Assembly (NCBI GenBank): GCA_017941035.1
Contig: JAGAXG010000038.1
Location: forward strand, 129-64,128
Reading direction: 5' to 3'
Length of the DNA stretch: 64,000 nucleotides
Source of the DNA: a bacterium
Lineage (GTDB): Bacteria; Cyanobacteriota; Vampirovibrionia; Gastranaerophilales; Gastranaerophilaceae
Every line of letters starts with the position of its first letter. Position 1 is the first letter of the stretch. Of the stretch, positions 1 through 9,756 are shown piece by piece. The translations under genes were made by a program, and so were the position numbers. The notes under the pieces were generated by a model. It saw only the letters and a list, made by a program, of their open reading frames with translations, ran no database searches and was not told the DNA's origin.

Positions 1-101
1 ATCATATAACCAAGGTTACCACCGCTGCCACCGTCGTTATTCATGTTTGATGCAGCTTTTATAACCGGTTCGCTTCTTCCGATGTTTACATCAAAACTCA
101 T
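1..101 (-). CDS. hypothetical protein, N-terminal fragment (gene runs off the window start)
   Basis: ATG at 99-101 on the minus strand follows a purine-rich AAGGAAAAG stretch. The frame stays open to position 1 (MSFDVNIGRSEPVIKAASNMNNDGGSGGNLGYM...). No family recognised. Confidence 0.35.
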   Translation of the reverse strand, partial: MSFDVNIGRSEPVIKAASNMNNDGGSGGNLGYM

Positions 102-251
102 GATACTTTTCCTTATATTATTCCCTTACTTATATAAACAAATTTTTCCATTAATTTTTGTTACGATTTACATATAATTTTTACAATTCTTTATAATTAT
201 TAAATTTTCGAATAGAATTGCCGTAATAATACATAGGAGTATTTTTTAGGC

Positions 252-1157
252 ATGTCATTAATCATCGAATCTACATTTGAATATTTAAAAACGCGATTGG
301 GGCTTTCGCCTGCCAAAATTGAATTCTACAAGAATAAAAGTATTGATGAGATTCTTGAAGCAGAAGCTTCTGAAGGGAATCAAGAGGCTATACAATTGGC
401 TGCGGATATGTTTACTAATCCCTCTATGCTTATTGAGCTTTTCCAATTGGCTGATCCTGAAAATAAGTTAGTTATACTTAATTCTATGACATCATCTCAA
501 CTGGAAAAACTTATACCTATGCTTGAACAAGATGATTTAGTTCAGGGGTTGAGATTTTTTACGATGGATAATCTTATGACAATGTTGCAAAAAATTCCTA
601 AAGAAGAACTTTTAAAAGTAGTATTTGAACTATTTTCAGAACGTCAAGTAATCGAATACATGTCTGAAGAACAATTGGATAAAGTTCTTACAGGAACAGA
701 CATGGATAAAGAACTTTTATTAAAAAATCTCAAATCAATACCGGAAATATATCTGCAACAGATGCTTGAAAGTGTAACAGGACAAAAAGCAGAAGGAAAT
801 GCTGAAGAATTAGTATTGCAAATTTCACAACTGGGAGATTTAGCTTACAAAAATGCAATCAAGTCTTTAGAACCTGAACAAAAACGCCAATTGACTTTAT
901 TAATAACAAGTACAGACAATAAATATTACAAAAATTTTGATGCTGATGCTTATACTCATATCATCTCAAGAGAACGCGAAAAAGAAGATACTGTAAAAGC
1001 TATGGGCAGTATTAAACCGGAACACTTACATAAAATGATGGAACATTTACCAAAAGATATTTTATCTATTGTAATTACTCAAATAGATACCGAAAAATTT
1101 GCACAAGCTTTAATTACAAAATTCCCTGAATTATTAGCGCAACTTGTTGCAGGATAA
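252..1157 (+). CDS. hypothetical helical-repeat protein
   Basis: 301-aa ORF with an AGGAG upstream. It has repeated leucine-rich helical segments (LIELFQL, LEKLIPML, LLKVVFELF) vaguely like MgtE-N/FliG-type repeats. No catalytic motif seen. Confidence 0.55.
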   Translation: MSLIIESTFEYLKTRLGLSPAKIEFYKNKSIDEILEAEASEGNQEAIQLAADMFTNPSMLIELFQLADPENKLVILNSMTSSQLEKLIPMLEQDDLVQGLRFFTMDNLMTMLQKIPKEELLKVVFELFSERQVIEYMSEEQLDKVLTGTDMDKELLLKNLKSIPEIYLQQMLESVTGQKAEGNAEELVLQISQLGDLAYKNAIKSLEPEQKRQLTLLITSTDNKYYKNFDADAYTHIISREREKEDTVKAMGSIKPEHLHKMMEHLPKDILSIVITQIDTEKFAQALITKFPELLAQLVAG

Positions 1158-1164
1158 ATAAATT

Positions 1165-1653
1165 TTAAGCAATTCTGTTATTTTTTAAAACAGAAATAGC
1201 AAGTTTTAGCGCCTCATCAGAAAATCGTTGTTTCATTTTTATTCTGGAATAATATTGAGGGAGTCTGATTTCTTTAACTGTTATTATTCCTTTGTATTTT
1301 ACAGACGCGAACATTAACCCGACTGGTTTATCAACAGTTCCGCCTGTAGGCCCTGCAATTCCGGTAGTACATATAACAACATCCGCATTTGTAATTTTTG
1401 ACAAACCTTCTGCCATTGCTTGAGAACATTCTTCACTTACAGCGCCATAATTATTTAATATATCCCAATTAACACCAAGAACAGAATTTTTTGCTTCATT
1501 GGCATATGTTACAAAATTCAATTTGATGTAATCAGAGCTGCCGGAAACATCAGTTAACCTTGAGCTGACTAAGCCTCCGGTACAGGATTCAGCTGTTGAA
1601 ATTGTTAAATTATTTTCTTTTAATATTTGTCCAAGTTCTTCTTCTAATATCAT
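1165..1653 (-). CDS. pncC: CinA C-terminal domain family protein (nicotinamide-nucleotide amidohydrolase PncC-like)
   Basis: 162 aa with TAESCTGGLVSSRLTDVSGSS and GIAGPTGG motifs typical of the CinA/PncC domain. Confidence 0.85.
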   Translation of the reverse strand: MILEEELGQILKENNLTISTAESCTGGLVSSRLTDVSGSSDYIKLNFVTYANEAKNSVLGVNWDILNNYGAVSEECSQAMAEGLSKITNADVVICTTGIAGPTGGTVDKPVGLMFASVKYKGIITVKEIRLPQYYSRIKMKQRFSDEALKLAISVLKNNRIA

Positions 1654-1682
1654 ATATACACTTTCAAATACTAATTTTTTAT

Positions 1683-2930
1683 TTAATTGTTAATATAATA
1701 ATCTATTGCCTTTAAAATTTTATCACGTAAAGGAGTTTTTGGATTAGAAGCTATTTTTTTTAAATTTTCTACTGTTTTTAACTGAGCGTTCTTATCGCCT
1801 GAGTGAAGAATTTTTTTATAATACTTAATAACTGTATTATCTGATATCAAATCGGATTTTGTTTTAATACCTCCAAAATCTATAAGCCTATTTTCAACAA
1901 TATTTCCCGGATGATAATCTATATCAACTAAACCCAATTCCGAAAATTTAATCTCACTTTCTACTTTTGGAAGCGAGGAATCAGAAAATTTAGCAATTGA
2001 ATAACCTTTCCCTAAATCAAACATATCAGTCGGAATAATATTACTTTTAGAAATTTTATGCCCTAATAAATGTTTAAGACGTGTATAACTATTTGCTTCT
2101 GCGCAAATACCATGGATATTATCCGAATTTTTAAACATCTTAACAGCCATATTTACTCGTTTGTTTAAATCACCGCGAATATAACTTTTTCGCAAAAATG
2201 GTATCATCTTTTTTATTTCTTTATTACTACTGGTTCTAAACATAGAAGAATCTTTTGCAAAAGGAAAAACCATATCAATAACTTCATCATCCGAATATTT
2301 ATTCATGAGCTTACTCATTTTTTTTAATAACGAAGAAGTAACATCTTTAACAGAATCTTTATCTTTATAAATTTTTATAGCTCTATCATGAATAACTTTG
2401 TTACCTGAATTATCCATACATTCAAGCTTATAAACATAACCAAAAGAACCTTCTCCTACAAAAGATATTTTTACTTTGGATACAGGTAAAATTTTTGATA
2501 AAGATTCTTTTAACTTTTTAGATATACCATTTGGTATTTTATTAAAATCTTCAGGTAATCTCCAATTATGATTTAACATAACAGATGTAATAAATTTTTC
2601 TTCTGCCGATTTCCCTTTTATATTTGCAATAAGATTTGGCTGAGATAGTACCGATTTCTTTAGTTCCAATGCCATTTTACCGAAAGCATCTTGCACATTT
2701 TTTATCAAATCAACCTTCGTTTGCGGATGTTCTTTTACAATAACAGATATAATTTCTTCAGGAATATTACCAATAATCTTATTATTTGCAGAAGCGACCA
2801 TTGAATCATAAGTTTTGTAATTTTGGCTATTTATAAAAAATTTTTTTAATCTGAAAAATTCATTATTAGATGTTATTGATTTATTAAATATGCCATTTGC
2901 AATTTTTATATATGACATCGCAGACACCAT
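1683..2930 (-). CDS. protein-kinase-like fold protein with an unknown N-terminal region
   Basis: Motifs occur in kinase order: Gly-rich loop VGEGSFGYVY, RAIKIYK lysine, catalytic-loop-like DYHPGN (D-x4-N), then IDFGG (DFG-like). No TM segment or PASTA-like repeats seen. Confidence 0.6.
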   Translation of the reverse strand: MVSAMSYIKIANGIFNKSITSNNEFFRLKKFFINSQNYKTYDSMVASANNKIIGNIPEEIISVIVKEHPQTKVDLIKNVQDAFGKMALELKKSVLSQPNLIANIKGKSAEEKFITSVMLNHNWRLPEDFNKIPNGISKKLKESLSKILPVSKVKISFVGEGSFGYVYKLECMDNSGNKVIHDRAIKIYKDKDSVKDVTSSLLKKMSKLMNKYSDDEVIDMVFPFAKDSSMFRTSSNKEIKKMIPFLRKSYIRGDLNKRVNMAVKMFKNSDNIHGICAEANSYTRLKHLLGHKISKSNIIPTDMFDLGKGYSIAKFSDSSLPKVESEIKFSELGLVDIDYHPGNIVENRLIDFGGIKTKSDLISDNTVIKYYKKILHSGDKNAQLKTVENLKKIASNPKTPLRDKILKAIDYYINN

Positions 2931-2998
2931 TTAAACTACTTTCATTTATTTAATTATTTTACCTAATTAATATAAAGTAAAATAATTAAATAAAATTG

Positions 2999-4372
2999 CT
3001 AACTCTGAGGAGAAATACATGCACTTATTGCATCTATTAGGCGTTTTACCGGAACTATTTGGATTTTATTGTGAATTACATCCTTATTTGCATATGGGAC
3101 TATTGCTTTTTTAAATCCTGACATTACAGCTTCATTTAAACGTTTATCAATATTATTTACAGGGTGAATTTCTCCGGATAAACCTATTTCACCAATTATA
3201 ACAGTTTGAGAATCAACGACAACATCTCTTGCACAAGTTGCAATAGCAAGAGCAATACCTAAATCTGCGCTTGGTTCATCTACATCAATTCCACCCATAA
3301 CATTCACATAAACATCTTGTTTTGAAAGATTCAATCCTACCCTTTTTTCTAATACAGCAAGAATTTGAAGTAGACGACCAAAATCTACTCCATTTGCAAC
3401 ACGTCTTGGAGACGGATAAGGTGTTGCACCGACAAGTGCTTGAATTTCAACTAACAATGGCCTTGTGCCTTCATTTGTTACAATAATTGCAGTTCCCGGG
3501 ATCGCTTCTTGAGAACGTTCGTTTAAAAAAAGTTCATTTGGGTTCTTAACCTCTTTTAAACCGTTAGAACCCATTTCAAAAATTCCAACCTCAGAAGTAT
3601 TTCCAAAACGATTTTTCATAGAACGAAGCATTCTGTACGATTTGTATTTATCTCCTTCAAAAGAAACAACAACATCCACCATATGTTCTAAGATTTTTGG
3701 ACCTGCAATATTTCCGTCTTTAGTTACATGCCCGATGATCAGCATAGTAATATTTTTTGTTTTCGCAATTTGCATTAAAATATTACAACATTCACGAATT
3801 TGAGAAACACTGCCTGCTGAACTTGAAACTGTCTGGGAATAAATTGCCTGAATACTGTCTATTACAACCGTATCAGGTTGAAGCTCATCAATTTGAGCTC
3901 TTATGCTTTCAAGATTAGTTTGGGGGTATATATAAATATTATTTTCTTTCACTCCCAATCTGTCTGCGCGAAGTTTTAATTGTCCTGCAGACTCTTCAGC
4001 AGTTACATAAAGAATTTTTTGACCTTGAGCGGCTAGTTGTCCGCTTGTTTGCAAAAGTATAGTCGATTTACCTATTCCTGGATCCCCAGCAATTAAAACA
4101 ATAGAACCTTGAACAAGTCCTCCCCCTAAAATTCTGTCAAATTCAAATATATTTGTACTGACTCGAATTTCTGAACCGATTTTTATATCTGAAATTAATT
4201 CAGGTTTAAAATCATTTACTATTCCTTGAGGAGAAATATTTTGAGGTTTTAAATCAGATTGAACTTCTTCACAAAAACTACCCCAAGAAGAACATTCAGG
4301 ACATTTTCCCAAATAACCGGCACTTTCATACCCGCAATTTTGACAAACCCATTTTGATTTAACTTTTGCCAT
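2999..4372 (-). CDS. radA: DNA repair protein RadA/Sms
   Basis: N-terminal zinc finger CQNCGYES...CPEC, Walker A GDPGIGKST, KNRFG motif and Lon-like C-terminal domain. 457 aa. Confidence 0.95.
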   Translation of the reverse strand: MAKVKSKWVCQNCGYESAGYLGKCPECSSWGSFCEEVQSDLKPQNISPQGIVNDFKPELISDIKIGSEIRVSTNIFEFDRILGGGLVQGSIVLIAGDPGIGKSTILLQTSGQLAAQGQKILYVTAEESAGQLKLRADRLGVKENNIYIYPQTNLESIRAQIDELQPDTVVIDSIQAIYSQTVSSSAGSVSQIRECCNILMQIAKTKNITMLIIGHVTKDGNIAGPKILEHMVDVVVSFEGDKYKSYRMLRSMKNRFGNTSEVGIFEMGSNGLKEVKNPNELFLNERSQEAIPGTAIIVTNEGTRPLLVEIQALVGATPYPSPRRVANGVDFGRLLQILAVLEKRVGLNLSKQDVYVNVMGGIDVDEPSADLGIALAIATCARDVVVDSQTVIIGEIGLSGEIHPVNNIDKRLNEAVMSGFKKAIVPYANKDVIHNKIQIVPVKRLIDAISACISPQS

Positions 4373-4373
4373 A

Positions 4374-4745
4374 TTAATCCCTTACGTTTATATTTTTCCA
4401 AAAACCTTTTAAAAAGCCTTTTAAAGATTTTTCATGGAGAATAGGCGCACTATCATAGTATTTTTTGTAATTATCTATAATATTTTGAGGCAAATCCTCT
4501 CCACGCTCTAAAGTATAGGACAAAAATTCTAAATAATCATCCTGTTCTTCTTTGTATGAATTATCGCGCAAACGAAGTTCTTCATCCGCTTCATAATGAA
4601 TAAGAGCATGATAAGAAGCAATAAGACTTTCATCTTTAATATCTTTAGGATAACTTAACAATGCTTCTCTAACACTCATTTGACCAAGGCGAACGAGCTT
4701 TAAAATATGAGCAACACGGTATCTCTCTTCTAAAGACATAATCAC
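4374..4745 (-). CDS. hypothetical small soluble protein
   Basis: 123-aa ORF with a 4-nt overlap to the upstream BlaI-like gene and a 1-nt gap to radA. No family recognised. Confidence 0.55.
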   Translation of the reverse strand: MIMSLEERYRVAHILKLVRLGQMSVREALLSYPKDIKDESLIASYHALIHYEADEELRLRDNSYKEEQDDYLEFLSYTLERGEDLPQNIIDNYKKYYDSAPILHEKSLKGFLKGFWKNINVRD

Positions 4746-5086
4746 TTGACAAGCATTTCTGCAGTTTCTCTCTCAACGAAACGAACCATCTCTGATATAT
4801 TGCCGTTAAAGAAACTTTCAGTAAATTCTTTCATCATATCAAGAGCCATTTCACGCTTATCCATTGTGACCTTATAAAAAAACTTTTTACCGGATTTATA
4901 TCTTACAAGAATACTTTTTGATACCAAACGATCCATTACTGTTTTAATTGTCGTATACGCTCTTTCAACACCACTTTCATATAATTTATCTACCACATCC
5001 TGAATTGATATATCCATATCTTCATTTTCAGAAGTTATAGTCCAAAAAGTATTTAAAATCTCCATCTCCAGAAAACCGCATGTCAT
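4742..5086 (-). CDS. BlaI/MecI/CopY-family winged-helix transcriptional repressor
   Basis: 114 aa with the pattern EILNTFW...ISIQDVVDKL...YTTIKTVMDRLVSKSILVRYKSGKKFFYKV typical of penicillinase-repressor family proteins. A GGAGA SD lies 7 nt before the ATG. Confidence 0.75.
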   Translation of the reverse strand: MTCGFLEMEILNTFWTITSENEDMDISIQDVVDKLYESGVERAYTTIKTVMDRLVSKSILVRYKSGKKFFYKVTMDKREMALDMMKEFTESFFNGNISEMVRFVERETAEMLVK

Positions 5087-5177
5087 AAGTAATTCTCCTT
5101 TATAATCTTAACTACTATTACTGTAACATAAGATTTTTATTTTTTCAAGTTTTAGTAAATATTTGTTAATTATACCA

Positions 5178-6404
5178 TTATTTTACACAAAACGACATAT
5201 AACCCCAAGCGTAGCGGCCGGTGGAAACTCTGCCAGTTGCCGAATTAGTGAAGTAGCGACCAGATGCATTAGTTGTACCGCTAGACTCTCTGTTACTCCA
5301 AATGCGAGTATAAGAAGAACCTAAACCGGAAAATGTTGTACCTAATTTTGCCGTGTTTAAAGGTGCATCATATTGATCGTTTCCTATTGCATTTTCCGGT
5401 GCATCATATAAATAGGTCGCAATTGCCGCTAAATCTGCTGAAGTAGCAAGATGGCCTCCTGAATCTTTACAATTCATCATCGCGCCTGCCCAATAATCGC
5501 CTTTAGTTAAGCAATTATCGCTCGTACAACATCTTTGTATATTGTATTTTGTCTTATATTCAGATTTCACTTCCCAAGTTCCATTATTATTTGTACAATA
5601 ATCATCTCTATATAATGGAGTCGGGATTTCAGGTTTAGTTATCTTTAAATCCGCAAAATCTATCCAGCCTAAACTCGCTCCGTTAAATCCGATTACATCT
5701 TTCCCAAAGCGATTAGGGCCTTTACTCCCGTTTAAATCTATTATCCCTTTTATACAACTCGTTGTATTTGATCGAGCATTCTCTTTTACTCCGTTATATT
5801 TTACCGCATCAGGATCACTCACAGGACAATTCTTATTCCAGCTAAATATCATTGGTGTTCCATCGCCCAATACTATCCCTGCAACATCTGTATAATCATC
5901 CTTATTTACATGCAAATCCCCGCCATTTTTTATGTTTGATACTAATACATCTTCTTCATCTGTTTTAATTCTACTGTATGGTAAGCAGTCTGTTAAATGA
6001 TCCTTATCGCAAATCGTCACTATCTTTAAATGTTTTGATAATGCCTGCGCAAATTCATAACTCGGATTTGCTCCTTTATAATATGGCCCGATGCCGTATT
6101 CTATATTTAATAAATCTGTTCCTTTAGATAGTTTGCGCTCAAAAACTGCTATTTTGTTTTTGGTTACTGTGTCATTTATTTTTGTTAGTAATAAAGGAAG
6201 AGTTAAAGCAGATACAACTCCTATTATAACTAAGGCAATTAGTGTCTCAGCTAAAGTGAAAGCAACATGCCTTTTACCCTCTCCTGTCACTTCGAGACAT
6301 TCCCCCCATAGGGAGGTAAAATTTTCTTTTATATTTCCTGATTGAAGGAGATTAGCTAAAAATGCCCCCCCCCCGAAATTGGCTCTGCGTCTGCATTTTA
6401 GCAT
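5178..6404 (-). CDS. pilin-like protein (class III signal, FTLAE) fused to a C-terminal lectin-like domain; paralog of 58868-59968
   Basis: It carries the AFTLAETLIALVIIGVVSALTLP prepilin-type motif. It shares long blocks with 58868-59968 (LSKGxDLLNIxxGIGPYY, LKIVTIC, VLGDGTPM, CPVSDPD, DLNGxKGPNxFGKD, GDYWAGAMxxCKDxGGHL). The C-terminus W..A...C...GGHL.T..L ... FCVK resembles the DUF1566/CLec pattern. The ATG at 6404 has a GGAGA SD at 6411-6415, and the leader is an unusual 48 aa. Confidence 0.8.
   Translation of the reverse strand: MLKCRRRANFGGGAFLANLLQSGNIKENFTSLWGECLEVTGEGKRHVAFTLAETLIALVIIGVVSALTLPLLLTKINDTVTKNKIAVFERKLSKGTDLLNIEYGIGPYYKGANPSYEFAQALSKHLKIVTICDKDHLTDCLPYSRIKTDEEDVLVSNIKNGGDLHVNKDDYTDVAGIVLGDGTPMIFSWNKNCPVSDPDAVKYNGVKENARSNTTSCIKGIIDLNGSKGPNRFGKDVIGFNGASLGWIDFADLKITKPEIPTPLYRDDYCTNNNGTWEVKSEYKTKYNIQRCCTSDNCLTKGDYWAGAMMNCKDSGGHLATSADLAAIATYLYDAPENAIGNDQYDAPLNTAKLGTTFSGLGSSYTRIWSNRESSGTTNASGRYFTNSATGRVSTGRYAWGYMSFCVK
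6365..6374 (-). repeat. G10 homopolymer (C10 on the + strand) inside codons 11-14 of the pilin-lectin gene; candidate slipped-strand phase-variation tract
   Basis: Read directly as aatgCCCCCCCCCCgaaatt. It is the only G/C run longer than 6 nt that I could find in the window. Confidence 0.85.
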
Positions 6405-6444
6405 AGTTTATCTCCTTTTATTCCGTTAATTCCTCTGTATTCTT

Positions 6445-6473
6445 ATTATAAACTATGTATTGAATTTTCGCAA
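6445..6473 (-). promoter_or_regulatory. sigma70-type promoter for the pilin-lectin gene (TTGCGA-N17-TATAAT)
   Basis: On the minus strand, TTGCGA lies at 6473-6468 and TATAAT at 6450-6445, with a 17-nt spacer. It sits about 40 nt upstream of the ATG at 6404. Confidence 0.5.
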
Positions 6474-6478
6474 GAGGG

Positions 6479-9076
6479 CTATTTTTTAAAAGACAACTTA
6501 TCATCTTCAAGTTCAATTTTAATATTATCACCCTTTGTAAAATTTCGAGCCAAAATTTCTTTAGAAAGAGGATTTTCCACCATTTGACGAATTACACGCT
6601 TCAACGGTCTTGCGCCATATACAGGATTAAAACCTTGTGTTGCTAAGAATTCTTTAGCATCATTGCTTATTTCAAATGTTAATTCCTGCTCCTTCAAAAG
6701 TTCGCGCAAGTAATCCATTTGAATATCAACAATTTTACTCAACTGCTGTAAACTCAATGCTTTAAAGAATATTGTTTCATCTATTCTATTCAAAAACTCC
6801 GGTTTGAATTTTGAGCGCAAAACTTCCAAAACTTGTTCTTTTGTATCCTTGAACTGTTCTGGTGAAATCATTGAATTAAGAGTGTTTTCCAAAATAATAT
6901 CAGAGCCGATATTACTTGTCATAATTATCAATGTATTCTTAAAATCAATCGTTCTGCCTTTTGAATCTGTCAATCTGCCGTCATCAAAAATTTGAAGCAT
7001 TATATTGAACACATCAGGATGAGCTTTTTCTATTTCATCAAAAAGCACAACTGAATATGGTTTTCTTCTAACGGCTTCCGTTAATTGACCGCCTTCTTCG
7101 TAACCTACATAGCCCGGAGGAGCTCCGACAAGTCGTGCGACATTGTGTTTTTCCATATATTCAGACATATCAATACGAATAAGAGCATCTTCATCATTGA
7201 ACATAAATTCTGCCAATGATTTTGCAAGTTCAGTCTTCCCAACACCGGTTGGCCCTAAGAATAAGAATGTACCTATAGGGCGCTTTGGATCTTTTAACCC
7301 TGATCTTGCACGGCGAATAGCATCAGACACCGTATCTACTGCCTCTTCTTGCCCAACAAGACGCTTGTGCAAAACATCTTCCATATGTAAAAGTTTATCC
7401 ATCTCAGATTCAACAAGCTTTGTAACAGGAATTCCTGTCCATTTTGAAACAACTTCATCTATATCGGAAGCATCAACTTCTTCTTTTAAAAGTTTATTTT
7501 CAACTCGCTCTTTATTTTCATAGGCTTTTAGTTGTTTTTGGAGTTCAAGTAATTCTCCGTACTTTAATTCTGCTGCGCGTTGTAGATCCATATTACGCTC
7601 AGCTTCTTCTATTTGAGTATTTACTTGGTTAATCTTATCCTTAATATCTGTTTCGGAAGTTATTGAAGATTTTTCTTTTTCCCACTGAGCTTGCAAAACA
7701 TCTATTTTTGACTGAAGTTCTAATACTTTTTTATTTATTTCTTCAATTTTTAAGCGAGATTCTTCATTATCTTCTTTTTTTAGAGCTTCACGTTCAATTT
7801 CTAATTGCATTTTTTGACGCGTCATTGCATCAATTTCTTCAGGCATAGAATCAATTTGAATTCTTAAAGAACTTGCTGCTTCATCAATTAAATCAATAGC
7901 TTTATCCGGCAAAAATCTGTCAGTTATGTATCGATCAGATAACTTAGCAGCCTCAACAATCGCAGAATCCAATATTCTTATGCCATGATGGACTTCATAT
8001 TTTTCCTTTAAACCTCTTAAAATACTAATTGTATCTTCTACAGAAGGTTCATCCACCATTACAGGCTGAAATCTTCTTTCTAGCGCAGGATCTTTTTCAA
8101 TGTATTTCCTATATTCATTAATAGTTGTAGCACCAATAGTCCTCAAAACACCTCTTGCAAGCATTGGTTTTAAAAGATTACCTGCATCCATAGAACCTTC
8201 TGTTGCTCCTGCGCCAACAACTGTATGAAGTTCATCAATAAACATTACAATTTCACCGTTAGAAGTTTCAACTTCTTTTAAAACGGCTTTAAGACGTTCT
8301 TCAAATTCACCTCTGAATTTCGCACCTGCAACCAGTGCTCCCAAATCAAGAGAAATCAATTTCACATCTTTCAAACTTTCTGGTACATCCCCTCGAACAA
8401 TTCTTTGAGCCAAACCTTCAATTATAGCCGTTTTCCCAACTCCGGGCTCACCAATTAAAACAGGGTTATTTTTTGTTCTGCGGTTAAGAACCTGCATAAT
8501 TCTTCTGACTTCATCGTCACGCCCGATAACAGGATCTAACTTACCTTTGCGAGCCATTTCCGTTAAATCTGTCGAATATTTTTCTAAAGCTTTCATATTA
8601 TCTTCTGCATTTTTAGTGTTCACTTTTTGATTACCTCTTATTTTTTTCATAGCATTCAAAATTTTGTTAGAATTTATACCAAAACCTTCTATTAAATTTT
8701 TTATTCTTGAATTTTCAAGATTTACCATAGCAAGCAAAATAGACTCAATACTGACAAATTCATCTTTCAATTTTTGACTTTCTTGAATAGATTGTTCCAA
8801 CAATCTACCTGTTTCTGCTGACATATAAATTCCTTGAGGATTGACAGGAGATGATAATTTCGGGAAACCTTCCACAGTTTCAACAATTTTATTAATAAAA
8901 TTCTGGTTTAAGAGTTTTAATTCTTCCAAATAATCCTTGATAATACCTTTGTCTTTAATCATCGCAAGCATAATATGTTCAGGTTCCATTTGAGAATTTT
9001 TGTGAGCCTGCATTAAAGTGTTTGCACTTGATAAAATTTCTTGCGAATAGTTGGTAAATTTGTCAAAATCTAACAT
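6479..9076 (-). CDS. clpB: ATP-dependent chaperone ClpB
   Basis: 865 aa with two AAA+ modules ([10 protein letters not shown] and [12 protein letters not shown]), a long coiled-coil middle domain and a Clp N-domain. Confidence 0.97.
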   Translation of the reverse strand: MLDFDKFTNYSQEILSSANTLMQAHKNSQMEPEHIMLAMIKDKGIIKDYLEELKLLNQNFINKIVETVEGFPKLSSPVNPQGIYMSAETGRLLEQSIQESQKLKDEFVSIESILLAMVNLENSRIKNLIEGFGINSNKILNAMKKIRGNQKVNTKNAEDNMKALEKYSTDLTEMARKGKLDPVIGRDDEVRRIMQVLNRRTKNNPVLIGEPGVGKTAIIEGLAQRIVRGDVPESLKDVKLISLDLGALVAGAKFRGEFEERLKAVLKEVETSNGEIVMFIDELHTVVGAGATEGSMDAGNLLKPMLARGVLRTIGATTINEYRKYIEKDPALERRFQPVMVDEPSVEDTISILRGLKEKYEVHHGIRILDSAIVEAAKLSDRYITDRFLPDKAIDLIDEAASSLRIQIDSMPEEIDAMTRQKMQLEIEREALKKEDNEESRLKIEEINKKVLELQSKIDVLQAQWEKEKSSITSETDIKDKINQVNTQIEEAERNMDLQRAAELKYGELLELQKQLKAYENKERVENKLLKEEVDASDIDEVVSKWTGIPVTKLVESEMDKLLHMEDVLHKRLVGQEEAVDTVSDAIRRARSGLKDPKRPIGTFLFLGPTGVGKTELAKSLAEFMFNDEDALIRIDMSEYMEKHNVARLVGAPPGYVGYEEGGQLTEAVRRKPYSVVLFDEIEKAHPDVFNIMLQIFDDGRLTDSKGRTIDFKNTLIIMTSNIGSDIILENTLNSMISPEQFKDTKEQVLEVLRSKFKPEFLNRIDETIFFKALSLQQLSKIVDIQMDYLRELLKEQELTFEISNDAKEFLATQGFNPVYGARPLKRVIRQMVENPLSKEILARNFTKGDNIKIELEDDKLSFKK

Positions 9077-9165
9077 TTAGATCAACTCCATTCTTTATAA
9101 AGTATCAGTTTATTAAACCCGACCTACTCTAAGTTTAACGTTATTTTGACAAAAGTCATAAGAAA

Positions 9166-9618
9166 TTAACTTTTATTTAACAATTTATCAAAAATTTTGT
9201 ATTCCGCTCTAGCTGGAGAAAATAATTTTGAATCATTTAATTCCCCATTTTTATACGCATTATAAAAATAATATTCTCCGCAAATAAAAGTTGAAAATAA
9301 AATAAAAAATACAAAAAGAGAAAATACACTAATTATTTTATCAAATTTATTTTTATTTTTATTTTTTAAATGAAATATAGTAACAGGAATGACAATAAAT
9401 ACAACAAAAAATAAAAGAATTCTATCCAATATTGAAATAAAATAAGAACACGTCAATTTTGCATTTTGATGCATTATTATATCAAGTTTATCAGCCGTAA
9501 GTCCTAAAAATACGGCTGAAGTTACTACAAAAAGAGCAACAAAACCAAATATAACAGTACCTAAATAAATTTTTGATTCCTGACTAATATTATTCCACTT
9601 CATAAAAAAATTATACAA
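9166..9618 (-). CDS. hypothetical integral membrane protein
   Basis: 150-aa ORF with about four hydrophobic segments. No family recognised. Confidence 0.5.
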   Translation of the reverse strand: MYNFFMKWNNISQESKIYLGTVIFGFVALFVVTSAVFLGLTADKLDIIMHQNAKLTCSYFISILDRILLFFVVFIVIPVTIFHLKNKNKNKFDKIISVFSLFVFFILFSTFICGEYYFYNAYKNGELNDSKLFSPARAEYKIFDKLLNKS

Positions 9619-9756
9619 TAAACTTATTTCATATGAAAAGTTATTTTGATACCTAGAATATTTATTCTGTACCTATTACATTGCTTTATAATTGAAAATA
9701 ACCCAAATAAATTAAATTTGTAGTCATATATTCCCAATAATTAAAACAATCATATT

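Noticed and set aside
5178-5330. Diversity-generating retroelement (DGR) targeting the lectin-like C-terminus of the pilin-lectin genes. CLec/DUF1566-type C-termini are classic DGR variable regions, and this 3' end is visibly GC-richer than its surroundings.
   Set aside because: The window has no reverse transcriptase gene and no near-identical template repeat. The other family copies differ far too much, and not in an adenine-specific way, to be a TR/VR pair. A DGR elsewhere in the genome cannot be excluded.
6804-7848. Several 60-126-aa ORFs lie antisense to clpB. Similar antisense ORFs lie within the pilin-lectin gene (6091-6345), dnaJ-like gene (25860-26503), fliM/N-like gene (40440-40988), folC, accC, purB and mutS2.
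   Set aside because: They lie entirely inside well-supported conserved genes on the opposite strand. They have low-complexity, Ser/Phe/Ile-rich translations and lack SD sequences. These are typical shadow ORFs of AT-rich DNA.
9077-9165. CIRCE (HrcA) or CtsR heat-shock operators might lie upstream of clpB, and likewise upstream of the dnaJ-like gene.
   Set aside because: Neither TTAGCACTC-N9-GAGTGCTAA nor a GGTCAAA tandem repeat is present.
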